Sequence record: JX560968 | Source of the DNA: Escherichia phage EC6 | Length of the DNA: 64,000 nt | Strand: one strand, 5' to 3' | In this document: one piece after another, positions 51,861 to 60,740 of the stretch | Layout of the letters: each line of letters opens with the position of its first letter | Numbering within the stretch: position 1 is the stretch's first letter | Translations under genes and position numbers: made by a program | The notes under the pieces: model-generated | The model's database searches: none | What the model was told of the DNA's origin: nothing | What the model saw: the letters and a program-made list of their open reading frames with translations, nothing else

Positions 51861-52124
51861 ATGAATATCGATGTAGAAAAGATGCTTGAAGAGAAAGGTG
51901 TTGATGAAGCATTCTTAATCAATGCCGTAGAAAGCATGGCTATGATTCTTCGTGGTAATAACTACACAGAACAGTTTATGCCTGCAAGCTATAACTTGCC
52001 TGAAGACAAGTCTGATAACGGTGCTTTTGCAGAACAGGTTAATATGATGTTGACAGACACTACACTTGCTCTGGCATCTATTGCGGTTGGTGTTGATGCA
52101 CTTGCTGAGTTCAGTTTTTTATGA
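51861..52124 (+). CDS. hypothetical protein (87 aa)
   Basis: ORF; may continue into the next ORF across the T6 run at 52115-52120. Confidence 0.4.
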   Translation: MNIDVEKMLEEKGVDEAFLINAVESMAMILRGNNYTEQFMPASYNLPEDKSDNGAFAEQVNMMLTDTTLALASIAVGVDALAEFSFL

Positions 52125-52671
52125 AATGCAAAAGAATGACTATATCAGGATGTCAGACGAAGATAAGGAACTGTTGCTGACTAAGGACACTGATTTCATT
52201 ATTGATACACTTATCTCATCAACAAGTGCTGTTATGGCTGTTCTTGAGAAGCGTATGGAAGAGAAACTTTCACGATATGAAAAACTTGATTGGGGCGTAG
52301 AAGAATTAAACCCACGAATCAAAGAGATTATCCAGCAAACTAAAGAGTCTTTGGAAGAAGCTGTTGAAAATGACTCTGTAGCTGACATTGAACCACTTCA
52401 GGTGAAAGTTGCACTGATGATTCCAGCTATCTCTACGATGATGAATATCGTTGCACTAATCCAACTGTCACAGATGATGGGTGTGAGTATTGAGTTCATT
52501 GAGGAAATGACTGGTGGCGTTAGTATGCAAGCAATCAATGATGTTTTGGTGAACATTGGTGCTTCAATCATTGAAGAGAAACTACGCATTAACTTCGGTG
52601 ATGATTTTGTGAAGCAAATCTCAGCTATGGCTGAAAAGAGTCTGCTGAGCAACTGCACTAAGTCTTTATAA
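52066..52671 (+). CDS. hypothetical protein (201 aa; start uncertain)
   Basis: Frame overlaps the upstream ORF by ~60 nt; the first in-frame ATG downstream lacks an obvious RBS. Confidence 0.4.
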   Translation: MLWHLLRLVLMHLLSSVFYEMQKNDYIRMSDEDKELLLTKDTDFIIDTLISSTSAVMAVLEKRMEEKLSRYEKLDWGVEELNPRIKEIIQQTKESLEEAVENDSVADIEPLQVKVALMIPAISTMMNIVALIQLSQMMGVSIEFIEEMTGGVSMQAINDVLVNIGASIIEEKLRINFGDDFVKQISAMAEKSLLSNCTKSL

Positions 52672-52681
52672 ATCTTACAAG

Positions 52682-52705
52682 CCTCCTTAGTTGGGGGCTT
52701 TTTAG
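52682..52705 (+). terminator. rho-independent terminator-like hairpin
   Basis: AGCCTCC...GGGGGCT followed by T5. Confidence 0.4.
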
Positions 52706-52722
52706 TAATTAAGGGAGATAAA

Positions 52723-53466
52723 ATGAGTAATATTATCGCATTTACTGGAAAGGCACGTTCTGGAAAAGACACCTCATGTTCTATTGTGAAGAACATCTTA
52801 GAGGATGAGTATGGCTACAATGTTGCTGTAATGGCCTTTGCAGACAACCTTAAACTATCTGCATCAAAGATATTTGACTTGACTTGGAATGACCTGTACG
52901 GTGAAACTAAAGAGACTCCACAGGTATTTGACTTATCATATTATGAACTGATGTTTAAAGTTACGGAAGCTATGGAGTTCACCTTCAGAGATGAACGTTA
53001 TCATATGGACTTCAAGCTTATGTCAGAGTTAACCGGACGATTAATCATGGAGCTTAAGAAGGTTGCTAAACCTACCATACTAACACGTCTGGGATTTAGT
53101 AAAAAGTATAAATTCTCATCAAGACAAATTCAACAAATTTGGGGTACTGAAGTTGTCCGTAAGGTAATGGGCGACAAGTTCTGGTCTAAAGACCTTGAAA
53201 AAAGAATGGTTAGATTCCATGAAATGTGCTCACTTAGAAATCAGTATGGTTTTGTCTTAATCAGTGATTTAAGATTTGACTCTGAAGCTGAATGGCTGAG
53301 TAGATTTGCACACCAAACTATTGAAGTAAAAAGAGACAATGTGGACAAAGTTTCATCACATGTTTCAGAAAATGGGATTTCTACAAAATATGAGCGTGAC
53401 ATTATTCATAATAATGGTACTCTTGCAGACCTTGAGAACAAGCTAAGAGCCATCATTAAAGTTTAA
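52723..53466 (+). CDS. deoxynucleoside monophosphate kinase (T4 gp1-like)
   Basis: P-loop FTGKARSGKDT at the N-terminus and C-terminal NNGTLADLENKLRAII resembling T4 dNMP kinase. Confidence 0.65.
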   Translation: MSNIIAFTGKARSGKDTSCSIVKNILEDEYGYNVAVMAFADNLKLSASKIFDLTWNDLYGETKETPQVFDLSYYELMFKVTEAMEFTFRDERYHMDFKLMSELTGRLIMELKKVAKPTILTRLGFSKKYKFSSRQIQQIWGTEVVRKVMGDKFWSKDLEKRMVRFHEMCSLRNQYGFVLISDLRFDSEAEWLSRFAHQTIEVKRDNVDKVSSHVSENGISTKYERDIIHNNGTLADLENKLRAIIKV

Positions 53467-53474
53467 AAGAGAGA

Positions 53475-53675
53475 ATGAAGATGAGAGTAAAAGACAATTT
53501 TAAAGTTATTGACCACCGTTTAGTGGAACTCTCATCTCTTTCCAATGAGGTAATGATTGAACGTCTTAAGAGAGTTGAATCACGAAGGAAAGAGATTGCA
53601 GATGAAATTCATGAACTGGACAAGATTGAAAATGGATTGAAGGCAGAACTACAACGAAGAGGTGCTAATGTCTAA
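53475..53675 (+). CDS. hypothetical protein (66 aa)
   Basis: Small helical ORF upstream of primase-helicase. Confidence 0.35.
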   Translation: MKMRVKDNFKVIDHRLVELSSLSNEVMIERLKRVESRRKEIADEIHELDKIENGLKAELQRRGANV

Positions 53676-55653
53676 AGGTCGTAAATTGAAAGAGGCTGGT
53701 CAGTTTGTTGGTCATTGCGCATGTCCACGTTGTGGTTCATCAGATGCTGGTTCAATCTACCATCATGACGATGATTCTTATTCAATGACTTGCTTTAGCT
53801 GTAACAAAGGTTTCCCAGAGTGGGATTTTGATAAAGGACAAATCGTGAGCACTTATTCTACTGGTTCAGATAATAAAAACCGTACTTTTCGTGGAATGGA
53901 TTTAGACGATGTAAAAGAAAACCTAGAAGCGATGGACTTGAAAGACAGGAAGATTCCTGCAAAAGTTCTTGAGCGTTTGGGTATTAAGGTTGACATTGAC
54001 AGTGATGGTGAAATTGACGCGCATTTCTACCCAACTTACAAACGCAATGAAGATGGCAAGCTAGAGCATGTTGGCTACCGTGTTCGTCACCGTTACCCAG
54101 AAGACCATCCAAAAGAGCACCTACGAGGTAAGTTAAAAGACTTTTCTGGTGGTGTTGGAGACATTAAAGGTGAACTGGCAATGTTCGGTTCATGGATTGC
54201 TCCAGAAGGTGGTAACCGTCTATTCATCTGGGAAGGTGAGATGGAATGTGCGACAGCAATCTATATGACTTCTCTTGCGATTAAGGACAAATCTCGTCGT
54301 AAGAATTACTGTCATGTATCTGTTCCGTCAGGTGCAAACATCAAGTCTATCAAAGATAACTATCAGTACATCACATCATTTGATGAAATTTACTTGTGCT
54401 TTGATAACGATGAAGCAGGTGCTAAAGCTACCAAAGAGGCTGCTGGTATCTTACCTATTGAGAAAGTTCGTTTATTCCAGTATCCAGAGGGTGTAAAAGA
54501 CCTTAACGAATGGTGGACAAAGTTCTATAAAGAGAAAGACACAGTTCTGGAAGGATTTAAGCAGCGTATCTACAACGCACCTCGTTATTGCCCTGCTGGT
54601 ATCAAGAACTTTGCAGATGGTTTTGAGGCAATGAAGAACCGTGGTCAGATTCCATTGATTCCTTTCCCAGAATCTTTCGGGGATTTGAACAGACTGACTT
54701 ATGGTGGTTACGGTTTAGGCGAGATTACGACTATCGCAGCACCATCTTCAGTAGGTAAGTCAGCTTACACTCGTGAGATGATTTATTCAGCTTGGAAAGA
54801 AACTGATTATAATATCGGTGTAATTCCTGTAGAAGATACCTATGAAGAGTTGATGGAGATGCTCTGTGCAATCCACCTAAGCAAGCAGATTTCTGAGATT
54901 CCTTATGACGAACGTGATTGGGATGAATTGAAGGAAGCACACGCAGAGCTATCTAAAGGTCGTCGTATCCATATCGTTGACCATCAAGGGGCAATTGACC
55001 AAGATAACCTGCTGGAGTTTGTTGACTATCTTGTTAATAGCTTAGACTGTAAGATTATTATTCTTGACCCTATTACGTTGGCTCTGTCACGTTCTGATAC
55101 GGATGAAGAGGAAGTTTTGTCTGAGCTATTGCGTCGTTGCAAACGCTACCAGTATGCGCAGGTAAACGTATGTCACGTTCGTAAGAGTGCAGGTGGTCAG
55201 AAAGCCAACTCTGAAGGTGGAGATATCTCTGAAGAGGATATTAAGGGTTCTGGTGCATACTTCCAGATTTCTATGAACAACATTCTGTTAATGCGTAACA
55301 AGGTTGACCCAGACCCTGTTAAGAAAAACTTGACAAAAATCAAGTTAACTAAGTGTCGTCGTCATGGTAAGTCAACAGGTATTGCTGGCCATACTTGGTA
55401 CAATCCAGATACAGGACGTCTCATCAAAGCTTCTGGATGTGGTGTTGACATTGATGGTGCAGCAGAAAATATTCGGCAACAGTTTGGTATTGGTGAAGCT
55501 GAAGACCATTACGATGACTCTTTACCTCATTATGAGGATGAAGTGTTTGACCGTGAGACTGGTGAAGTCTATACTGAAGAACAGCGTCAAAGCTCAACGA
55601 TTCCACCTGTATTAATTGAGGATGCAGATGACTGCCCGTTTGAAACTGAGTGA
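53668..55653 (+). CDS. bifunctional DNA primase / DnaB-like helicase (T7 gp4-like)
   Basis: N-terminal zinc-binding motif CxxC...CxxC (GHCACPRCGS...CFSC), central TOPRIM-like region, helicase Walker A APSSVGKSAY and downstream helicase motifs. Confidence 0.75.
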   Translation: MSKGRKLKEAGQFVGHCACPRCGSSDAGSIYHHDDDSYSMTCFSCNKGFPEWDFDKGQIVSTYSTGSDNKNRTFRGMDLDDVKENLEAMDLKDRKIPAKVLERLGIKVDIDSDGEIDAHFYPTYKRNEDGKLEHVGYRVRHRYPEDHPKEHLRGKLKDFSGGVGDIKGELAMFGSWIAPEGGNRLFIWEGEMECATAIYMTSLAIKDKSRRKNYCHVSVPSGANIKSIKDNYQYITSFDEIYLCFDNDEAGAKATKEAAGILPIEKVRLFQYPEGVKDLNEWWTKFYKEKDTVLEGFKQRIYNAPRYCPAGIKNFADGFEAMKNRGQIPLIPFPESFGDLNRLTYGGYGLGEITTIAAPSSVGKSAYTREMIYSAWKETDYNIGVIPVEDTYEELMEMLCAIHLSKQISEIPYDERDWDELKEAHAELSKGRRIHIVDHQGAIDQDNLLEFVDYLVNSLDCKIIILDPITLALSRSDTDEEEVLSELLRRCKRYQYAQVNVCHVRKSAGGQKANSEGGDISEEDIKGSGAYFQISMNNILLMRNKVDPDPVKKNLTKIKLTKCRRHGKSTGIAGHTWYNPDTGRLIKASGCGVDIDGAAENIRQQFGIGEAEDHYDDSLPHYEDEVFDRETGEVYTEEQRQSSTIPPVLIEDADDCPFETE

Positions 55654-55722
55654 TAGTTATAAAAGAGAGGGGTTCATACCCTTCTTTGAAGAAAAAGTTT
55701 AAATGAATTTCAGGAAGAGTGT

Positions 55723-55751
55723 TTGACAAAGGTTGATAGGTTCTATAGAAT
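55723..55751 (+). promoter_or_regulatory. sigma70-like promoter (TTGACA-N17-TAGAAT)
   Basis: Consensus -35 with 17-nt spacer to TAGAAT. Confidence 0.5.
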
Positions 55752-55904
55752 GCTCTACATGAAATGTGATGGAGGCGTTGAGGTAGAAGAAAAGTTCCAT
55801 CACAGTATAATAACAGTCACTATTACTATACCTCGACATAATATTGGTTGGCTGTTTATAATTAAAGAAAATGTGTTTGAATATCAAGTATATCGGAGAA
55901 TATC

Positions 55905-56054
55905 ATGAAACACTCTAAAGCATTTGAAAAAGTTTTTGGGGATTCCTTAAAAGCCACTGCTGGTAAACCAGCAAAATACTATGAAGAGAAGCGTGTAAGA
56001 ACTGGAAAAACTGCACGTAAAGCAGCTTCTAAAGATAAGCACAACTTCCAGTAA
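55905..56054 (+). CDS. small basic protein (49 aa)
   Basis: GGAGA RBS 7 nt upstream of ATG; Lys/Arg-rich; sits between two consensus promoters. Confidence 0.35.
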   Translation: MKHSKAFEKVFGDSLKATAGKPAKYYEEKRVRTGKTARKAASKDKHNFQ

Positions 56055-56061
56055 TTAATGT

Positions 56062-56090
56062 TTGACAATAGAGTATCAACAAATTAGAAT
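56062..56090 (+). promoter_or_regulatory. sigma70-like promoter (TTGACA-N17-TAGAAT)
   Basis: Consensus -35 and -10 with 17-nt spacer upstream of the SSB-like gene. Confidence 0.5.
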
Positions 56091-56126
56091 TGGTACTCTT
56101 CATAAATTGAGATAGAGGTTTAAATA

Positions 56127-56984
56127 ATGTCTAAAGTTGTTAAAATGAAAGCTCCGGTAGAGAAGTACAATGGTACTGAGCGTCAAACTCTGCGTTACCT
56201 GTTGAAAGATGTTTGGTTTTATTACCTGAACACTTCACCACGTCCGGCAAAAGGTAAATCCATTGATAAGAAATTCCCAGGAAAAGATTGTAACTACAGT
56301 GTTTCAATTCTGGCAGAAGATGGTAACAAACTATTTAAAGAGTTTACTAAGTCTAAGAAAAACCCAGAAGGTTGGGATAAAGTTACTACTGAAGCAGTTG
56401 ATGCAGATGACTTCGAAGAGAAGTTTGGTTGCAAACCACCATTTGAAGCAGACACTTACCACATCTTGAAAGTAAGTCGTGCAGCAGCTTATAAAGATGG
56501 TGCTGTGTGGACAGCTAAACAGTCATTCCCTGTGATGCTGATTGAAGAAGTAAATGGTAAGCGTGTAGCTGTTAAACAGCCGATGAAGAAAATCAAAGCT
56601 CAAGCATCTGACAAACATGAAGATGACAAGAACTATGATGTAATTCATCCAGATATTGCAGTTGGTAACGGTTCTTTTGGTAGTGTGATTCTTTCTACTC
56701 ACTTCTACACTTTTGAGAACAATGTTCTGACAAAACCTATTCAGGAACAGTTTATCATTGATACTCTTGTACCTTACACTGGTGGTAACGGTGCTAATGG
56801 CGAACCTGAACTGGATGAAGACGAACTGGCTATGCTTGGTCTTGATGGTGTTGAAGATAACGGTGAAATCACTGAAGAAGACGCAAAAGACCACAAACCT
56901 TCGAATGATTCTGATGATGGTGACGATGAAGACTTGCCAGACCCAGATGACGAAGAAGATGAAGACTTCGATACAGAAGACTAA
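56127..56984 (+). CDS. ssDNA-binding protein-like (acidic C-terminal tail)
   Basis: 285 aa ending in DDGDDEDLPDPDDEEDEDFDTED, resembling the acidic tails of phage SSBs; in the replication cluster. Confidence 0.45.
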   Translation: MSKVVKMKAPVEKYNGTERQTLRYLLKDVWFYYLNTSPRPAKGKSIDKKFPGKDCNYSVSILAEDGNKLFKEFTKSKKNPEGWDKVTTEAVDADDFEEKFGCKPPFEADTYHILKVSRAAAYKDGAVWTAKQSFPVMLIEEVNGKRVAVKQPMKKIKAQASDKHEDDKNYDVIHPDIAVGNGSFGSVILSTHFYTFENNVLTKPIQEQFIIDTLVPYTGGNGANGEPELDEDELAMLGLDGVEDNGEITEEDAKDHKPSNDSDDGDDEDLPDPDDEEDEDFDTED

Positions 56985-57003
56985 TCTCTAAAAGTTACTT
57001 TAA

Positions 57004-57030
57004 AGCCCTGTACTTAGTATGGGGCTTTTT
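57004..57030 (+). terminator. rho-independent terminator
   Basis: Hairpin AGCCC...GGGGCT followed by T5. Confidence 0.5.
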
Positions 57031-57046
57031 CATATGGAGAGTCACA

Positions 57047-58094
57047 ATGGAGAAGTACACATTAAAAAAACCTTCCCGATTCAGTTACACATGTTTTTAT
57101 CGACTCTGACAGTATTGCCTATAAAGGGGCTTGTGTAGTTGAGAAAGCAAAATATAAATACGTCAATAAACTCACAGCAGAAGAGTCTGAACCATTTGAT
57201 AATGCAAAAGATGCTGCAAGATGGTTAGCAGACCAGAGAATCCTTGTGGAAGAGCTTGGCCTAGCATTTGATGAAGATGAATGGGAAAGACAGACTTGGA
57301 AAGAAGCTAAGAGTGAAAAAGAAGCTATCATGGCTACTCAACAGGTGCTTCAGGAATGGCTTAAGGTTGTTGGTAAAGAAAGAACTTGGGTAGGTTATTT
57401 AACAGAGAAAGGTGTGCATAAACATAAAGACATTAAAGGTCTTGAGCACCAATATCAAGGTAACCGCAAAGATGCTGTCACACCAACACACTTAGTTGCT
57501 TGTCGTGAATATCTTCTGTCAAGACCAGAGTTCAAACTAATTCTTGATGGATTTGAAGCTGACTCTATCGTGATTGCTAAAGCTGAAAAGATGGGTAAAA
57601 AGGCTGCCTTAATGAGTATTGATAAAGACCTTCGACAAGCTGAAGGTACTTACTGTATTGATATGACTTATGAAAAGTCGCCTTTGATTTTCATTGCTGA
57701 TAACAACGTTGGTGAAATTTGGGATTGTCCAATAAAATCGACACCAAAAGCTAAGAAGACAGTTGGGGTAGGTTTTAAATTTCTTTGCTATCAAGCCGTG
57801 GCTGGTGATAATGCGGATAATTATTTCGGTTTAAAGGGTGTTGGTAAGGTTACTATAATGAAAGCCCTTGAAGGTAAAACCACTTACAAAGAGTGTCTTG
57901 ATGCAATTTATGAGCTTTATGCTAAGAAAGAGTCATACACTTATGTCTCGTGGGATGGTCAAACAATTACCAGAACACCTTTAGAGTTAATGCAGCAACA
58001 CTTTTTCTTAGCTTATCAGGAAAGAAACAAGAAAGATGATTTCACTTTTGATAAGTATGGGTGGACACCAAATGTTAACTCAACAAACTCTTAA
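57047..58094 (+). CDS. flap endonuclease / 5-prime-3-prime exonuclease (RNase H-like); reading frame interrupted at A7 run 57064-57070
   Basis: ATG at 57047 (MEKYTLKK) then a +1 frame change into HVFIDSDSIAYKGA (compare T4 RNase H ICLIDFSQIAL) and the later helix-hairpin-helix motif AGDNADNYFGLKGVGKVT. Confidence 0.6.
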
Positions 58095-58563
58095 AGAATA
58101 CCTACACTATGACCCCGAAACAGGGGTCTTTACTTGGATTAAGAAGTCTGCTAAGCACACAAAAATTGGTTCTGTTGCAGGTACAAACTTAAAAGGTTAC
58201 ATCCGAATTTACTTGTTTGGTAAAGGGTACTATGCGCATTCATTAGCTGTCCTATATATGGATGGTTATCTTCCTGAGTGTGTTGACCACAAGAACCATG
58301 TAACTCTAGACAATCGTTGGTTAAATCTGAGGGCATGTACACTATCAGAGAACCAATGCAATAGGTTGCTTAACAAAAACAATAAATCCGGTGTCAAAGG
58401 TGTGTACTACAACAAGAGGTATGGTAAGTGGTCTACACAGATAACTTTTCAGAAGAGAGTTTACTTCTTCGGCAACTATGACACGATTGAGGAAGCAGCA
58501 GAAGTTGTGAATAGAGAACGTCAACGTTTACACAAAGAGTTTGCTAATAAAGGTGATGAATGA
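58072..58563 (+). CDS. HNH homing endonuclease with AP2 DNA-binding domain
   Basis: HNH_3-type motif GYIRIY...HSLAVLYMDGYLPECVDHKNHVTLDNRWLNL and AP2-like GVKGVYYNKRYGKWSTQITFQKRVYFFGNYDTIEEA. Confidence 0.6.
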   Translation: MLTQQTLKEYLHYDPETGVFTWIKKSAKHTKIGSVAGTNLKGYIRIYLFGKGYYAHSLAVLYMDGYLPECVDHKNHVTLDNRWLNLRACTLSENQCNRLLNKNNKSGVKGVYYNKRYGKWSTQITFQKRVYFFGNYDTIEEAAEVVNRERQRLHKEFANKGDE

Positions 58564-59061
58564 GAAAAATTAAAGGTTTTGGTAATTGCCCTGAGTATGG
58601 ACATTGGATTTCACTTTGTGGGGAAATTGACCCAGCAAAGCATTTTGGTTTTGTCTACCTAGTGTACTGCAAAAAGACTGGGCAGTACTATTTGGGTAAG
58701 AAACAGTTTAACAGTGTGACCAAAAGAAAAGTTGCTGGGAAGACTCGGAAGAAGGTAGTCACTAAGGAGAGTGATTGGATGACTTATGAGACTTCTTCTG
58801 AGTATATTAAAAAACGATATTGAGAGCTTTGGAAAAGAATTTTTTGACTTTTACATTATTCAAACCTACTACACAAAAGGTGGCCTAGTCTATGGTGAAG
58901 CAAACCTTCAACATAAATTCGATGTAATGACAAAAAGGATTGACTCTAAGCTCAGACTCTTCTACAATGCCAACATTGCAGCAATTAAGTTTATCACTAA
59001 AGAAACTTATGAAGATGCTGAAAAAAGAATCCATAAGGTAATGAAAGCAAATTGTGCTTGA
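58560..59061 (+). CDS. GIY-YIG endonuclease-like gene, frame broken at A6 run 58809-58814 (possible pseudogene)
   Basis: GIY-YIG-like GFVYLVYCKKTGQYYLGKK at the N-terminus; the downstream frame (+1) carries the rest of the domain. Confidence 0.4.
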
Positions 59062-59067
59062 TAACTA

Positions 59068-59331
59068 TTGAGAGAGAATAAAATGTTTAACAAAAGTAAA
59101 GCTGTGAGTCATGTAGCAAAGGTTGACAGCAAGATTGAAGAACTTGAGCGCATCCTTGCAAATGCCAGAGAGTCAATAATTAAAGAAGTTGAAGCTGTTG
59201 AATCTCAAATGCAGCACCTAATGCTTAAACGCCAAGAGCTACGTGAGCATCTAGAATATATTGAAACACGAGAGCTAAAAGTTAACAGATATTTTAAGGA
59301 GTCCGAATGTTTAACTCAAGAGAATCAGTAA
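59068..59331 (+). CDS. hypothetical coiled-coil protein (87 aa)
   Basis: Heptad-like helical sequence. Confidence 0.4.
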   Translation: MRENKMFNKSKAVSHVAKVDSKIEELERILANARESIIKEVEAVESQMQHLMLKRQELREHLEYIETRELKVNRYFKESECLTQENQ

Positions 59332-60062
59332 AAAACTGGAACCTTCGTTGTGGAAACACTCAAAAGCAACCTTACAGTAATGAGTATTGGGAATCTTTAA
59401 AATCTCAATCTCTGTGTATGCTTGAAGAAGCAAAAGAGCTTGTAAAAGCAATTGAAGAGAAAGACCCCATTGAGACACTGGATGCTCAGGCAGATTTGCA
59501 ATATGTTCTTGACGGTCTGATTTATCTGTCACAGCATGACCATAATGGTGCTATGAAAGCTGTTTGCCATAATAATGACCTGAAGTACACAGATGACTAT
59601 GAAGAAGCTTTAAAACGTCTTGCAGATATTGAGAAGCGTACTGGTCAAGAGTGTATTATCAGAATGTCAGTGGTTGATGGTAAAGAGTGGTATGCGATTG
59701 TCCGTGCAGCCGATGGGAAGATTATGAAGCAATCAAATCTCCCTAAAGTACAGCTTGGTGAATACATTGTAGAGCTTGAAAGCCAAGAACTTTTTGTGGT
59801 AGTATCTGATACATGCGTTATCTGCAAAGGTATTGTAGGTAGCTTAAAGGATTTGGGTGTAGATGGTTTTGTAGAAGTTAATCCAATTACCTCTAAAGCA
59901 GATAAAGATTTCTGTAAAGAGAATGGACTATGGATTGCAGATATTGTCTACTACGATGGTGAGCAGTTCCATGTAACCTCATACCCGAAACTGAATTATG
60001 ATGCTAATAACCTGAAGTGCTGGTTAAAAGGGGTTGGTTATAATGGATTCACAGAACATTAA
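59307..60062 (+). CDS. MazG-like nucleotide pyrophosphohydrolase domain protein
   Basis: N-terminal EEAKELVKAIEEKDPIETLDAQADLQYVLDGL resembles the all-alpha NTP-PPase EExxE/D core; unrelated C-terminal domain. Confidence 0.45.
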   Translation: MFNSRESVKNWNLRCGNTQKQPYSNEYWESLKSQSLCMLEEAKELVKAIEEKDPIETLDAQADLQYVLDGLIYLSQHDHNGAMKAVCHNNDLKYTDDYEEALKRLADIEKRTGQECIIRMSVVDGKEWYAIVRAADGKIMKQSNLPKVQLGEYIVELESQELFVVVSDTCVICKGIVGSLKDLGVDGFVEVNPITSKADKDFCKENGLWIADIVYYDGEQFHVTSYPKLNYDANNLKCWLKGVGYNGFTEH

Positions 60063-60366
60063 TAAAGAAGGTGTGGCTCAGAAGAGCCACTTCTCAAACT
60101 ATAATATTTCTATGACGGTGTTTATGTATGACCCGTTACTTGAGAAGTATGGTGAGACTCCAGATACACTTCTGGATAATGAACAAGTTTTAAAAGCAGT
60201 CCTGTACAAATATGGGATTGATATTGAGAAAGAGTATTCCTTTGAAATCTGCCAACACAGAAATACTTTTGGTAAGGTTGTGATGGCTCCACTCTTTATG
60301 GGTGTAGAAAGGACTGACTACGGTTGGTTATATCTAAAAAGAAACTTGGAGAAATACCGTGTCTAA
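60034..60366 (+). CDS. hypothetical protein (110 aa)
   Basis: ORF. Confidence 0.4.
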   Translation: MVIMDSQNINKEGVAQKSHFSNYNISMTVFMYDPLLEKYGETPDTLLDNEQVLKAVLYKYGIDIEKEYSFEICQHRNTFGKVVMAPLFMGVERTDYGWLYLKRNLEKYRV

Positions 60367-60694
60367 AGTAAAAAAGCTATCTTATGATGACATTATCTCA
60401 GGTGCTAAGTTAGGTGTTGATAGTATAGGACAAGATATCAAGCACGGAGACACAGTTATGTACTGTGATGACCGAAGAGGAAGAAGTGCAATCTTGTTTG
60501 GAAGAATTGTTTGCAAGATACGAGGCAATTACGTTGTTGCAGACATGTGTGAGAACACTACACAAGAGCTTGAAGCAATTATGAATGGCAACACATCATC
60601 GTGGTTCCTGGATTGTATGCACACTTCTTCAGTCACAAAAGTAAGTGATAAGTTTTACGATATGTGGCAGAATGAGCAAATTTTCAAGATTTAA
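60359..60694 (+). CDS. hypothetical protein (111 aa)
   Basis: ORF followed by a terminator. Confidence 0.4.
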   Translation: MSKVKKLSYDDIISGAKLGVDSIGQDIKHGDTVMYCDDRRGRSAILFGRIVCKIRGNYVVADMCENTTQELEAIMNGNTSSWFLDCMHTSSVTKVSDKFYDMWQNEQIFKI

Positions 60695-60700
60695 ACTAGG

Positions 60701-60722
60701 GAGCCTCTTCGGAGGCTCTTTT
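60701..60722 (+). terminator. rho-independent terminator
   Basis: Perfect hairpin GAGCCTC-ttcg-GAGGCTC followed by TTTT. Confidence 0.6.
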
Positions 60723-60740
60723 CACCTGTAGGATTTAAAA

